From: Aureicoccus marinus
Lineage (GTDB): Bacteria > Bacteroidota > Bacteroidia > Flavobacteriales > Flavobacteriaceae
Direction of reading: 5' to 3'
DNA: 64,000 nucleotides
Assembly: GCF_002954325.1 (NCBI RefSeq)
Contig: NZ_MQVX01000001.1
Coordinates: 251,546-315,545, forward strand
Each line of letters opens with the position of its first letter. The first letter of the stretch is position 1. Position numbers and translations under genes: made by a program. The notes under the pieces were generated by a model, which was given only the letters and a program-made list of their open reading frames with translations, was not told the DNA's origin and did not search any database. Positions 1-10,415 of this stretch are shown here, in pieces.

Positions 1-548
1 ACAACTCTGCGGGTGCACCTATTGCTCCGACAATGGGCCCTGCTGCTCCTACTCAGGATGCTGCTGATGTAATCAGTATTTACTCTGATAGCTACACGGA
101 TGTCCCCAGAGATGGTTTCAACTTCTATGGTTCTGCTGCTTTTGAAGAAGTAGACCTTGGAGGAAACATGGCGTTGAAGTACACCTTCGTTGATGGAGGT
201 GGCGGAAACTTCCAAGTCATTGAGCTTGGTGGTGCAAACCAAATTGATGCGGCCGCGGCCGGTATGACCAACTTGAGATTTGACTTGTGGTTCCCGAACG
301 AGGTTGCTGCAGATACGCAAGCACTCTTCAAATTCGTAGATATCGGAGGAAGTGTTACCGAGGCCGTTATGGTAGTGAATGACAGTTCTAGTCCAGCGAT
401 TGCTCAAGGGCAGTGGTTGTCTTTTGACTATACCTTCACTGAACTTCAAGGCCTTGGTCTTGGTGGTAGTGCGAACATCCAGCAGTTTGTTGTTGACTTG
501 ATCAACTCTGGTGAGGTATATATCGACAACATCTACATGTACAAATAA
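1..548 (+). CDS. C-terminal fragment (5'-truncated by the window edge) of a secreted or surface protein; Gly-rich beta-sandwich, possibly a carbohydrate-binding-like domain; product unassigned
   Basis: The reading frame stays open back to nt 3 (no stop from codon 3-5 onward), so the gene starts upstream of the window. Composition is typical of a beta-rich extracellular domain. It sits directly upstream of a GH16 laminarinase with an 8-bp gap, which suggests an operon. Confidence 0.45.
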   Translation, partial: NSAGAPIAPTMGPAAPTQDAADVISIYSDSYTDVPRDGFNFYGSAAFEEVDLGGNMALKYTFVDGGGGNFQVIELGGANQIDAAAAGMTNLRFDLWFPNEVAADTQALFKFVDIGGSVTEAVMVVNDSSSPAIAQGQWLSFDYTFTELQGLGLGGSANIQQFVVDLINSGEVYIDNIYMYK

Positions 549-556
549 GACAAGAG

Positions 557-2185
557 ATGAACATGAGAAAGATATTGAACAAATACAGTGTGCTCTTCTT
601 AGGCCTGGTCCTTCTGATTTCTTGTCAGGAGGAGGAGCCGGAGTTGCAGACCATAGTGGTCCCGATGAACTTGTCGGTTAACGCGACAGTTTTAAATGAC
701 CAATCAGGAAATGTTACCGTGAGTCCAACGGCGGATGATGCCTTGTACTTTCACGTGATCTTTACGCCCGGTGCAACACCGCAGGTACTTTCGCCAGGAG
801 AGACGGCGAGTTTCCGCTTTACTCAGTCCGGTCAATACCAGGCTCCAGTATCTGTGATTGCATTTGGTGTTGGAGGCGTTAGCTCGAGCACAACGGTGTT
901 TTTGGATATGGATGTGCGACTTTTTATCGATCAGTCTACACTCGAAATGATTGGAGGAAGCGGATCCAAGCGTTGGGTTTGGGATCAGACGGTAGCCGGA
1001 CACTTTGGAGTTGGACCTTTAACCAATAACTTCCCTGAATTTTTTAGTGCAGGACCCAATCAGTTGAACACTTGTCTTTATGACGACGTGCTGACCTTCA
1101 GCTATGACGATAATGACAATTACAACTTCACCCTAGATCCCGGTGCAAATAACGAGGTCTTTATCAACTGGGCAGAAGTCAATCGCTTCTTCCCTGATGC
1201 AACACCAGGACAGTTTGTTGATGAGTGCCGTGATATAACCACCCAAGTTCCCTTTCAGGAAAACTTTGTCATCATCGACAATGCCGATGGTACGCGTACC
1301 CTGGATGTAGGAGACAGCTTTATGAGCTACTGGGTAGTGGTTTCCGGAGAATACGAGATTGTTGAATTGACTGCCGATAAACTGGTATTACGAGGAATTA
1401 GTTCTCCTTTTAACGGAGACGATCCATTGGCTTGGTACTCCACTTTTGTTCCTGAAGATGCAGGCAGTGGAGGTGGAGGCGAAGATCCAGTCTTTGATAC
1501 CTTGATTTTTGAGGAGGAGTTTGATACGGGGACTCTGGATACCGCTACCTGGAACTACGAAATCGGGACCGGTGAGAACGGCTGGGGTAACGGAGAATCC
1601 CAGTACTACACCGATCGACCTGAGAATATTGTAGTGGAGGATGGGATGCTAAAAATCACCGCGCGCCAAGAAAACTTCGCCGGAAGTGCTTACACCTCCT
1701 CCAGAATTCAAACTTACCAGAAGTTTGAGTTCCAATACGGACGGGTAGACATTCGAGCTAAACTGCCTACAGGCGGTGGAACTTGGCCAGCACTTTGGCT
1801 CCTCGGATCAGATTTTGAAACCAATGCATGGCCTGCTGCCGGAGAAATTGACATTATGGAACACGTAGGTAACCAACAGAATACCATTTTTGGATCCACC
1901 CACGATCCGGCTAACTTTGGAGGAAATTCCAGATCCGTTAACACGGTTGTTGAAGGGGTGTCAGACGACTTTAATGTGTATTCCATCATCTGGTCCGAAA
2001 ATACCATTCGATTCCTGATTAACGACGAAGAATACGGAGCACTTAGTAATAGTGGAAGTCTACCGTTTAACAAAGATTTCTTTTTGATTCTCAATGTAGC
2101 CATGGGAGGAAACTTTGGCGGAGCAATTGATCCGGCCTTCAGTTCTTCTACAATGGAAGTTGATTACATCCGCGTCTACCAATAA
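557..2185 (+). CDS. Glycoside hydrolase family 16 endo-1,3-beta-glucanase (laminarinase) lipoprotein with a roughly 300-aa N-terminal non-catalytic region
   Basis: Signal peptide plus Cys (LLISCQ). The C-terminal domain carries the GH16 catalytic motif GEIDIMEHVG (E-I-D-I-M-E) and the WPALWLLG motif of laminarinase-type GH16. Confidence 0.85.
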   Translation: MNMRKILNKYSVLFLGLVLLISCQEEEPELQTIVVPMNLSVNATVLNDQSGNVTVSPTADDALYFHVIFTPGATPQVLSPGETASFRFTQSGQYQAPVSVIAFGVGGVSSSTTVFLDMDVRLFIDQSTLEMIGGSGSKRWVWDQTVAGHFGVGPLTNNFPEFFSAGPNQLNTCLYDDVLTFSYDDNDNYNFTLDPGANNEVFINWAEVNRFFPDATPGQFVDECRDITTQVPFQENFVIIDNADGTRTLDVGDSFMSYWVVVSGEYEIVELTADKLVLRGISSPFNGDDPLAWYSTFVPEDAGSGGGGEDPVFDTLIFEEEFDTGTLDTATWNYEIGTGENGWGNGESQYYTDRPENIVVEDGMLKITARQENFAGSAYTSSRIQTYQKFEFQYGRVDIRAKLPTGGGTWPALWLLGSDFETNAWPAAGEIDIMEHVGNQQNTIFGSTHDPANFGGNSRSVNTVVEGVSDDFNVYSIIWSENTIRFLINDEEYGALSNSGSLPFNKDFFLILNVAMGGNFGGAIDPAFSSSTMEVDYIRVYQ

Positions 2186-2309
2186 GTGTGAAAAATTTTT
2201 GAATAGGGATTAGTTCCTGGAATTGGGATTCTTGCAAAGTGAGCGCAAGGATCCCTTTTCTTTTTTTACATTTAGGGTTCGCTTAAACACCTAATCAGCG
2301 CACCCCAAC

Positions 2310-2906
2310 ATGACCGAGTTTTTCAAGTCTGAATTGAAAGACAAGTTTCTTGAGTACGCCTGTTCCCGGGACGATTACTTTGAGACACAGCTACTCTATG
2401 ACGAATTTCTAAGACCCAACTACGACCGGAAATTTGCTGAGAAACTGATCGAAGAGATTCTGGAATACGACAACCAACTCCTGGATACCATCAGCGGAAA
2501 TGGAGTGAAAGTCTTCATGTTGTCCTCGACCGCCTATACGGATGAGTTTCTGGAAAGCGGTGGCTTTAAAAATCTGTTTATTCAGGAAGAGGAAAAGTGG
2601 GATACCTTCTTACAACACCTGGGCGGAGGGCGTTCTTCTAAGAAGAAACCTATGAAAAAAAGTACGAAGTCTTCCCTGAAAAGGGAGCGGCAGTGGATCA
2701 TTTTGCTCTTGTGTATGTTGGGTTTCAGTTTTTTGGTTTCCTCAACAGCAGTGGTATGGACTTTATTCGGCGAGCCCAAAGTCAGCGAAAAGGAATTAGA
2801 AGAAAGGCTGAAGCGGATGGAAATCCGCCATATGGAAGAAGTGCAAAGTCTGCAAAGGGAGCTCAATGCTATACGTCAATATCATGAAGCTGATTCCAGT
2901 CAATAA
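2310..2906 (+). CDS. Hypothetical protein: N-terminal soluble domain, one TM helix, C-terminal coiled coil
   Basis: 198-aa ORF. A hydrophobic segment (WIILLLCMLGFSFLVSSTAVVWTLF) is followed by a charged coiled-coil tail. No motif I recognise. Confidence 0.5.
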   Translation: MTEFFKSELKDKFLEYACSRDDYFETQLLYDEFLRPNYDRKFAEKLIEEILEYDNQLLDTISGNGVKVFMLSSTAYTDEFLESGGFKNLFIQEEEKWDTFLQHLGGGRSSKKKPMKKSTKSSLKRERQWIILLLCMLGFSFLVSSTAVVWTLFGEPKVSEKELEERLKRMEIRHMEEVQSLQRELNAIRQYHEADSSQ

Positions 2907-3700
2907 CGCCATTCCCACTGTTGATTCTTATCATTACGCTTGCCTAATTCTCCGATGAGGTTATCGTATTGAGCGGGGTCTTCCGAACAGGTTTTTATCG
3001 CGATTACTTGAGGATGTATTTGTGTAGTCTGGTCGTATATTCTGGATTTAATCGTCGACAGGGCTTGCATGGCTTGTTGAATACTGGTACGATTGATTTC
3101 GCTTGGAAGAGGCAGGGTACCTGTTACTTCCCTAGATTTAATACCGATAATCTCAATTGAAAGTGTGCCTGAAATATGATTCGATTCTGCGGCCAAACCC
3201 AAAGCGAAGAGATCGCCAAAATTGATGTTGGATTTATGGGCTTTGATGTGGGCCACCAGCCGCAATCCCACCCCGATACGGGCCTGACCACATTCCTCGG
3301 AATTCACCGTTCGGAACTTGGAATAATCCATAATCACGCGGTACGAGGAATTCTTTTTTGACACAAAGCTATTGCTCACACTGAGATCGCCTCCCCGATC
3401 GTGCTCCAAAACCGAGACCAAGACATTTTCGTTGATAAGAAAGTCCAGTTTTTCTTGTTTTGAGCACTGCCCTAAATGCTTGCGCAGGCTTTGTTGCTTT
3501 TGAAAGAGTTGAATAGGATGGGCATATTCCAAAGGATCTACGGGAACATAGCCGCTTATTTTTTGAGGGCAGTCGTTTCCGGTGCCAGCGTTTGATAACT
3601 CTTGCAGGAAAGGCTGAAACAAGAGAGAAGAACAAGTACGCAGAGTGCTTTCATGGGTGAAGCTTTTCCGCAAAATACATGGAAGGGCTTCTGGTGGCAA
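2900..3700 (-). CDS. Hypothetical protein (266 aa), function unassigned
   Basis: Long ORF convergent with the previous gene and overlapping it by 7 bp. Protein-like composition. I could not place it in a family from sequence alone. Confidence 0.45.
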   Translation of the reverse strand: MPPEALPCILRKSFTHESTLRTCSSLLFQPFLQELSNAGTGNDCPQKISGYVPVDPLEYAHPIQLFQKQQSLRKHLGQCSKQEKLDFLINENVLVSVLEHDRGGDLSVSNSFVSKKNSSYRVIMDYSKFRTVNSEECGQARIGVGLRLVAHIKAHKSNINFGDLFALGLAAESNHISGTLSIEIIGIKSREVTGTLPLPSEINRTSIQQAMQALSTIKSRIYDQTTQIHPQVIAIKTCSEDPAQYDNLIGELGKRNDKNQQWEWRY

Positions 3701-3756
3701 GCGCTATTGAGGGAGGAAGGCGTTAGGTTGAGTGAGTAGGAAAGGGAATGGCGAAA

Positions 3757-3969
3757 TTACATCATCCGACCCATCCACCGGAATAGTCCGTAAAACACCA
3801 AAGCGATTGCCGCATACAATAAACCATAAAAACCCAAGAGGCTCAGGTTGTGTATATCCAGGTTAGAAAAGTAGAAAAGGCCTTGCGAACGATGTTGATA
3901 GAGATCCACGACCACCGATCCGACTTGGGAAAGGAGGACGATGAGAAGGATGTGACGGCCTTTTAGCAT
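3757..3969 (-). CDS. Small hypothetical membrane protein (70 aa)
   Basis: Two predicted hydrophobic helices. The gene is short, so the call is weak. Confidence 0.3.
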   Translation of the reverse strand: MLKGRHILLIVLLSQVGSVVVDLYQHRSQGLFYFSNLDIHNLSLLGFYGLLYAAIALVFYGLFRWMGRMM

Positions 3970-4032
3970 GATGTTCGTTTTAATAGATAGACGCCCGATA
4001 AAATCAAAAGTTACGCCTAGGGGTGTTAAAGT

Positions 4033-4317
4033 TTACTGTATCCACAAGAGGAACTCCACATAGAGGCGTTCCCAGTAGTTGATTTGGGTTAATCCAACGA
4101 ATAAAATAATAAGTAAACTGGACAACATTGAGGTAGCAATGCTACGCTTCACGTTTTTTCGACGAACAGGAGGCTGTGCCGGGTAGTAAGCAATGTTTCT
4201 GATAACAAAACGACTGCTCTGAAATAGAACATAGCAAATCGCTCCCAGGAGCACCCAGGCCAAAGCCAGGTTGGGAAGCAATTCAATCAGTTCTTGTAGT
4301 TGGGAATCAGTCCACAT
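4033..4317 (-). CDS. Hypothetical membrane protein (94 aa, 2-3 TM helices)
   Basis: Hydrophobic helices (LALAWVLLGAICYVLF and SMLSSLLIILFVGL). Confidence 0.4.
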   Translation of the reverse strand: MWTDSQLQELIELLPNLALAWVLLGAICYVLFQSSRFVIRNIAYYPAQPPVRRKNVKRSIATSMLSSLLIILFVGLTQINYWERLYVEFLLWIQ

Positions 4318-4459
4318 AGTTTATTCTCTCTCTTATAACGAAAAAAAGTAGCAAAACGTATGCCACAAACGGACTACAAAATTAGGGGTTGGAAGAACCT
4401 GTGCTGTTTGGGAGAGCTCTATTTAACCTGAATTTAGCTTTTGCTTAAAAGGAAGATAT

Positions 4460-4903
4460 TTAACGACTGAAAACATAGAGGAGACCATCTGCCGCTGTAC
4501 CGGCGTCAAGCCGCAATCGATTTTGTCTCCAGGACAAGGTGCCCAATCTTTCTCCTTCGACAATAAAATCATAGGTGTAACGAAGTTCCTCTTCTTGTTG
4601 GATTAAATCAAATGAATAAACACCATTCGCAAGGGGAAACTGTCCTCTTTTAGGGTCGTTTTCGTCTAAGTTTGACGAGACGCTAACCACAGAAGCAAAA
4701 AGGTTAATATTCCATTTCAATTCTCCAGGGTTAAAATCCGTACTTGACCCTGTAAGTCCTCCAGAAATGTTAGATAACTGCCATTGGCCTGATAATAGGC
4801 GAACCTCGTTTTCGTCTTGTTCTGCTTCTGTACAAGCCAAAAGAGTAAGAAAGAAAAGGTAGAATAAGGAGCGTCTCATGATGAGGTATTTAGCCTTAGA
4901 CAA
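4460..4903 (-). CDS. Hypothetical lipoprotein
   Basis: Signal peptide ending in LLACTEAE (lipobox Cys). Likely start at the internal Met of MRRSLFY. Confidence 0.5.
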   Translation of the reverse strand: MSKAKYLIMRRSLFYLFFLTLLACTEAEQDENEVRLLSGQWQLSNISGGLTGSSTDFNPGELKWNINLFASVVSVSSNLDENDPKRGQFPLANGVYSFDLIQQEEELRYTYDFIVEGERLGTLSWRQNRLRLDAGTAADGLLYVFSR

Positions 4904-4916
4904 GATGCAAAAAAAA

Positions 4917-5642
4917 TCAAGGTCTTCCGTCTGTCAAGCGCAGAGCATCTTCATCAATCCAAAGACTATCGGTTTTTCGGTTAAGCAATCCGTGATTCAG
5001 GAGCAAATAGGTGCCTTTTTCGCTGGTATCGCCTCGTTTGGTCTGAGGCGAGTAAAGTCCCCGAATCAAATAGGTCTTTGCAGAGCTTTCTAAGCGGTTC
5101 GGTTGAACTAAAATGTATAAATCCACAGGATCTACTTCGGTGACTTTATTGGCACTTGGACGGCCAGAAAACTGCATAAAACGTATAAAGTAATCCGAGG
5201 TATACAGGGAGTTTTCTGAAACAAATTGAGACATCCATCCCACCAAAGATTCTGATGGTTGTTTTTGCACTAAGAGCAGATGACGCAATCCCAGAGGACC
5301 TTGGTCTGTAGCGATGCTGTCTTCTACCCAGATCTTTTGTAAGGTGTTGGTTTGCTTACTCTCAGGCAGAGCAGGGGACGATTTTTGTTCTCCTTCAGGC
5401 AAGATAACCACAAAGGTTTCTTCTTCCTGGCTTTTGTGGTATTCCGATTCAGCGAGCTCAATTTCCTTTTTAAGACGTTCAATATTTTCTTCCTCCTCCT
5501 CCAGTTCCTTTTGCAAGGTTTCAAGAGTTGATCTGGTCTCTTCCCGTTGGCGTTCTACTTGGGATCGGGTCTTGGGATCGACACAGGCAAGAAAGAAAAT
5601 GAATACGCCCAAAGTGAACAATAGGACTCTCCGGCTATTCAT
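4917..5642 (-). CDS. Hypothetical lipoprotein with an N-terminal coiled coil
   Basis: Signal peptide plus Cys (FFLACVD). A Glu/Lys-rich coiled coil is followed by a globular domain. Confidence 0.55.
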   Translation of the reverse strand: MNSRRVLLFTLGVFIFFLACVDPKTRSQVERQREETRSTLETLQKELEEEEENIERLKKEIELAESEYHKSQEEETFVVILPEGEQKSSPALPESKQTNTLQKIWVEDSIATDQGPLGLRHLLLVQKQPSESLVGWMSQFVSENSLYTSDYFIRFMQFSGRPSANKVTEVDPVDLYILVQPNRLESSAKTYLIRGLYSPQTKRGDTSEKGTYLLLNHGLLNRKTDSLWIDEDALRLTDGRP

Positions 5643-5756
5643 ACTTATGGGGTTTGGGGCGGGCTAAAGGTAATTATTCTTTGGAATTAGCCGGATTCGG
5701 CCATTGATAAAGAAAAATTAACGGCTAGTGTTAAAGTCTACGGCTTCTCTAGGCGA

Positions 5757-8700
5757 TTGACTTATCTTGGTTCGCAGTTTTTACACCTAAACATGAAGAA
5801 TACACTGCTACTGACCGGCATTTTATTTGCTACAATGCTACACGCCCAGGTGACACCAAACTGGGTGCGTTATCCTTCCATCTCTCCGGATGGAAAAACA
5901 GTCGTTTTTACCTATAAAGGAGATTTGTTCTCGGTACCCGTAACAGGAGGAGAGGCACGACAGTTAACCTACCACAAAGCCCACGATTACAAGGCTGTTT
6001 GGAGCCGCGATGGCAAAACCATTGCCTTTGCCTCGGATCGCTATGGGAATTTTGACATCTTTACCATAGATGCGGCTGGGGGACCAGCAAAACGCCTGAC
6101 TTTCCACAGTACAGACGAGCATCCATTTACCTTCAGTGCCGACGATAAAGGCGTGGTCTTTGGAGCAGTTCGGCAGGACTTGGCCGAACACAGACAATAC
6201 CCTACGCGTTCTCAACCCGAGTTGTATAAGGTTCCACGTAATGGGGGCCGTGTTGATCAAATTCTAACGGTTCCTGCCGAAGATGTGCGCATTAGTGCCG
6301 ATGGTAATCGCTATATCTACACGACAAAAAAGGGGGAGAAAATGAATTCAGAAAACACCACACCAGCTCTATTGCACGCGATATCTGGACGTACGATCCC
6401 AAAACCGGAAACCACAAAAAGTTGACGAATTTTTCGGGTGAAGACCGAAATCCAGTCTTCAGTAAAAGTCAGGAACGCATCTTTTATCTGAGCGAAGAAA
6501 GTGGAACCTTTAATATCCACGAAATGGACTTGGAATTCCCAGGAAGCTCCAAGCAGCTGACCCGTTTCGAGAAACACCCTATCCGCCACTTAACGGCTGC
6601 TCAGGGGGTGATGACTTTTAGTTATGATGGAGAATTGTACGCTTTACGCGAGGGGACACAAGCCCAAAAAGTTCGGGTTTTTCTGCGCAGCTCGGATGTC
6701 GAAAACAAGGATCAGGTGGTTTCCATTTCCGGAGGAGTACGTGAGATGCAAGTTTCGCCTAACGGAAAAGAAATCGCCTTTATCTCTCGAGGGGAAGTCT
6801 TTGTAACCGCTGTAGAAAGCGGATTGACCAAGCAGATCACCAAAACTCCCGAACAAGAGCGCTTTGTTCAGTTCACCCACGATGGGAAGGGATTGGTCTA
6901 TTCCCGGGAGGTCAATGGAAAGTGGACCTTGTTTCAAACGCTAAAACAACGCAGCGAAGAACCTTACTTTTTCGCTTCGACTCTATTGGAAGAGAAGAAG
7001 TATATAAAGGGCGATAAAGAACACTACTTGCCTCGCTTTTCTGCCGATGGAAAGTATGTGGCCTTTATTGAGGACCGTCGTAGTTTGGTTGTGATGGATT
7101 TAAAATCCAAATCCAAGACCACCTTGCTTACACCGGACGATCTTTACCATATGACTGATGGTGATCAGTACTTCACCTGGAGTCCTGATAGCCGTTGGTT
7201 ACTCTTTAGCTGGGGGCAAAGCCTGAGTAACGAAGAGGTACTCTTGCTTTCTAAGGACGGAGAGCAGCGGATTAATCTGACCCAAAGTGGCTACTACGAT
7301 TACTACCCCAAATGGATTGGCAAAGGGGAACAAATGATCTGGTTCAGCAACCGGGATGGGCTTAAGAGTTACGCGACCAGTGGTCGTACACAGACCGATA
7401 TTTACACCATGTTCTTTACCCAGGAAGCCTGGGATAAATTCAGCCTTTCTAAGGAAGACTACGACCTCAAGAAGCTGCTCGAAAAAGACAGCAAAAAAGA
7501 TAGTGGTTCGGCCAAAAAAGAGGATGATAAAAAGAAGAAGAAAGACGCCAAAAAAGACGAGAAGAAGGAAGCTGATCCTCTGAAGTTGGATTGGGCCAAT
7601 GCAGAAAACCGCAAAGCGCGTTTGACCATTCACTCTTCGCGTCTGTCGGATGCAGTCTTGTCTAAAGATGGCGAAAAGCTCTACTACCTCGCTCAATTCG
7701 AAAAGGGATACAACCTTTGGGAGACAGAACTAAGAACCAAGAAAACCCAGCAACTGATTTCTCTTAAAGGAAGAGGAGGTTCGCTACAATGGGATGCTAA
7801 GCAAGAAAACCTCTACCTGCTGAGCGCTGGACGAATTTCGAAGGTGAACCTCAAAACGAAAAGAACCAAACCGGTGGCTATGCGCTCCGAAATGCTATTG
7901 GATACTGAGGCGGAACGCAAGGCCATGTTTGAGCATATCTGGATTCGAACCAACAAGATATTCTACACCTCAGATTTTCATGGTAAAAACTGGGACAAGC
8001 TCAAGACAGAGTACGAAAAGTACCTGCCTCATTTGGGTAATTCTTTTGAGTTCGCTGAAATGATGTCCGAGATGTTAGGAGAGTTAAACGTGAGTCACGC
8101 GGGAGCAGGGTACAACAGCAGCATACAGAATGGAGATGCGACCGCTAGCTTGGGAATCTTTATGGACTACGCTCACAAAGGAGATGGACTGCGTGTCGTT
8201 GAGGTCATGAAGGGTGGGCCTTTGGATAAAGCAGGCCTCAATGTCCGTAAAGGGGATATCATTCTAAGTGTTAACGGAACGGTGCTAAGTCCAGAGAAGG
8301 ACCTGGCCTCCTATCTGAATAGACTGGCTGGTAAGATCACTCTACTCGAACTGCGCAAAGTTGATGGGAGCACTCAGCAGATCACCGTCAAGCCAATCAC
8401 AACTGGTCAGGAAAATCGTCTGCTCTACAACCGCTGGGTTAAGAAGAACGAATCCGAAGTGGCCAAGCGCAGTAATGGTAAATTGGGTTATGTCCATATT
8501 CCAGGGATGAGCGATGGTCCTTACCGCAACATCTACGAGAAAATGCTGGGTAAATATGGCGATAAGAAGGGTGTTATTGTGGATACCCGTTTTAATGGAG
8601 GAGGAGACTTGGTAGCCGATTTAGCCATGTTCTTTACCGGAGAGCCTTTTATTTCTTACGAAACAGAGGCGCGTCGTGTGGGAGGAGAACCCACTTCGCG

Positions 8701-9028
8701 ATGGACCAAACCTACCCTGGCCATGTTCAATGAATCCATGTACAGCGACGGGCATTGTTTTGCCAGTGGGTACACGGATTTGAAAATTGGAAAGACCGTT
8801 GGAATGCCTGTCCCGGGTACCTGTAGTTTTGCTGGATGGGAAGGATTACCGAACGGCGGCTATTGGGGCGTTGTGCCGGTAAGCGCCAAAAACAAAGCAG
8901 GGGAGTGGATGGAAAACAACCAGACCAACCCGCAGATTCTGGTCAAAAATGATCCAAAGATCATCGCCGAAGGTCGTGACCAGCAATTGGAGCGGTCCGT
9001 GGACGAATTGCTACAAGACGTGAACTAG
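5757..9028 (+). CDS. Tricorn protease homolog (beta-propeller, PDZ and S41-type peptidase C-terminal domain), interrupted by an apparent 1-nt frameshift near 6326-6337. Probable real start is MKNTLLL near 5793.
   Basis: Track ORFs 5757..6425 (frame 0) and 6422..9028 (frame 2) are contiguous pieces of one about 1090-aa protein. Frame 2 reads ...KKGGENEFRKHHTSSIARDIWTYDPKTG through the junction, while frame 0 continues into non-homologous text and stops. The junction lies at an A6 G5 homopolymer pair (6326-6336). The C-terminus has PDZ-like and S41-like motifs. Confidence 0.8.
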
Positions 9029-9906
9029 TACTGGTGAAATCCAGCACTGATAAATTCTAAAACAAGAGGAAGGGAGGCCCGCCAGTAGGTCCAGGTGTGG
9101 CCTCCGTCTCTTACACGGTATTCGTGTTTGATTTTCTTTTTAGTCATCGCGATATGCATTAGGCTGTTGCCCTCAAAAAGAAAGTCGTCATCCCCACAAT
9201 CGATAAACCAGCGAACAGAATTCAGATCTTTTTCGCTCATGCTTTCCACCAGTCGAAGCGGGTTATTAATGTCCAGGTATTTTTCAAGTTCTTCCTCGGA
9301 GAGCTTTTTGTTTTTAAGTTGTTGAAATCCGGCGAGCTCTTCGGCCGTTTGTGGCCCCATCCAGGCACTTAAGGGGCAGGCTGACGCAAAAAGATCAGGC
9401 CGGTGCAAGGCGTAGAGAAAAGTGCCTCCTCCACCCATAGAAAGACCGGAGACAGCGCGATAACGCTTTTCTTTCTTAATTCTAAATCGCGATTCGACCG
9501 TGGGCATCAGTTCCTCAAAAAAGAACTCCTCAAACTTCCATTTTCCGTCTATGGTATTGGTGTACCCAGGCTGCCCGGTATCCGCGTCAGGCATGACAAT
9601 GATCATCGGGGTTGCTTTGCCTCTGGCTATGGCTTGGTCTGTGATTCGCCTTACCTCTCCAAATTGGACCCAGCCCGTGTGGTTATCGGTATATCCGTGC
9701 AGGAGGTACAGGACGGGGTAATGCCGTTTTGAGAGTTCGTAATCCGGGGGCAAATAGACCGCGTAGTTTCGCTCTTCTTTTAAAATCTTACTCTTTACCG
9801 TGAGGTTGTCGTATACTTTACTATGTTGCCCGTGGATCTGAGCGACCGTCAAAAGCGCAAGGAAACACAGGAGGGTTTTCGGTAATAAAAGAAGATTTTT
9901 TAACAT
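9025..9906 (-). CDS. Putative esterase (esterase D / enterochelin-esterase-like alpha/beta hydrolase), secreted
   Basis: LYLLHGYTDNHTGW and the nucleophile-elbow motif GLSMGG. A signal peptide begins at MLKNLLLL (ATG at 9906). The track's longer ORF (to 10002) begins upstream of this Met; the signal peptide makes 9906 the likelier start. Confidence 0.75.
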   Translation of the reverse strand: MLKNLLLLPKTLLCFLALLTVAQIHGQHSKVYDNLTVKSKILKEERNYAVYLPPDYELSKRHYPVLYLLHGYTDNHTGWVQFGEVRRITDQAIARGKATPMIIVMPDADTGQPGYTNTIDGKWKFEEFFFEELMPTVESRFRIKKEKRYRAVSGLSMGGGGTFLYALHRPDLFASACPLSAWMGPQTAEELAGFQQLKNKKLSEEELEKYLDINNPLRLVESMSEKDLNSVRWFIDCGDDDFLFEGNSLMHIAMTKKKIKHEYRVRDGGHTWTYWRASLPLVLEFISAGFHQY

Positions 9907-10001
9907 TTTTTCTGTTTTGAACGTCAGATTGTTGAGAGATTGATTGAAATACTTGTACCTTAAAGTCGTTAAAATCCTACATTTAAACAAAATAATATCC
10001 A

Positions 10002-10328
10002 ATGGGAAAGTTTGAGATTAAAACAACTGCTAAAGGAAACTTCATGTTTAACCTCAAAGCAGGGAATGGCCAGATCATTCTCACTAGTGAGCAGTACAAC
10101 AGTAAAGCGGCCTGCGAGAACGGCGTGGAATCTGTAAAAAAGAACGCTTCTGAAGATGGACGTTTCGAAAGAAAAGAGGCTAAGGATGGTAGCCCTTATT
10201 TTAACCTAAAGGCTTCCAATGGTCAGGTCATCGGAAAAAGCGAAATGTATTCCAGCTCTTCCGCTATGGAAAATGGAATCAGCTCGGTGAAAAAGAACGC
10301 TCCTGACGCTTCAGTAGAAGAAATTTAA
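10002..10328 (+). CDS. YegP/UPF0339 (DUF1508) family protein, two tandem repeats
   Basis: Internal duplication (KAGNGQIILTSEQYNSKAACENGVESVKKNA / KASNGQVIGKSEMYSSSSAMENGISSVKKNA), characteristic of YegP. Confidence 0.8.
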   Translation: MGKFEIKTTAKGNFMFNLKAGNGQIILTSEQYNSKAACENGVESVKKNASEDGRFERKEAKDGSPYFNLKASNGQVIGKSEMYSSSSAMENGISSVKKNAPDASVEEI

Positions 10329-10348
10329 CAGCTGCAGCTGAATAATTT

Positions 10349-10373
10349 AAGCCTCCTTCGGGAGGTTTTTTTG
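10349..10373 (+). terminator. Rho-independent terminator after yegP
   Basis: AAGCCTCC-TTCG-GGAGGTTTTTTTG: GC-rich stem with a UUCG loop followed by a T7 run. Confidence 0.7.
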
Positions 10374-10415
10374 TTTTCAGCCCCTATCTTGTAAACAAAA
10401 TTGCTAGATCCGCCT

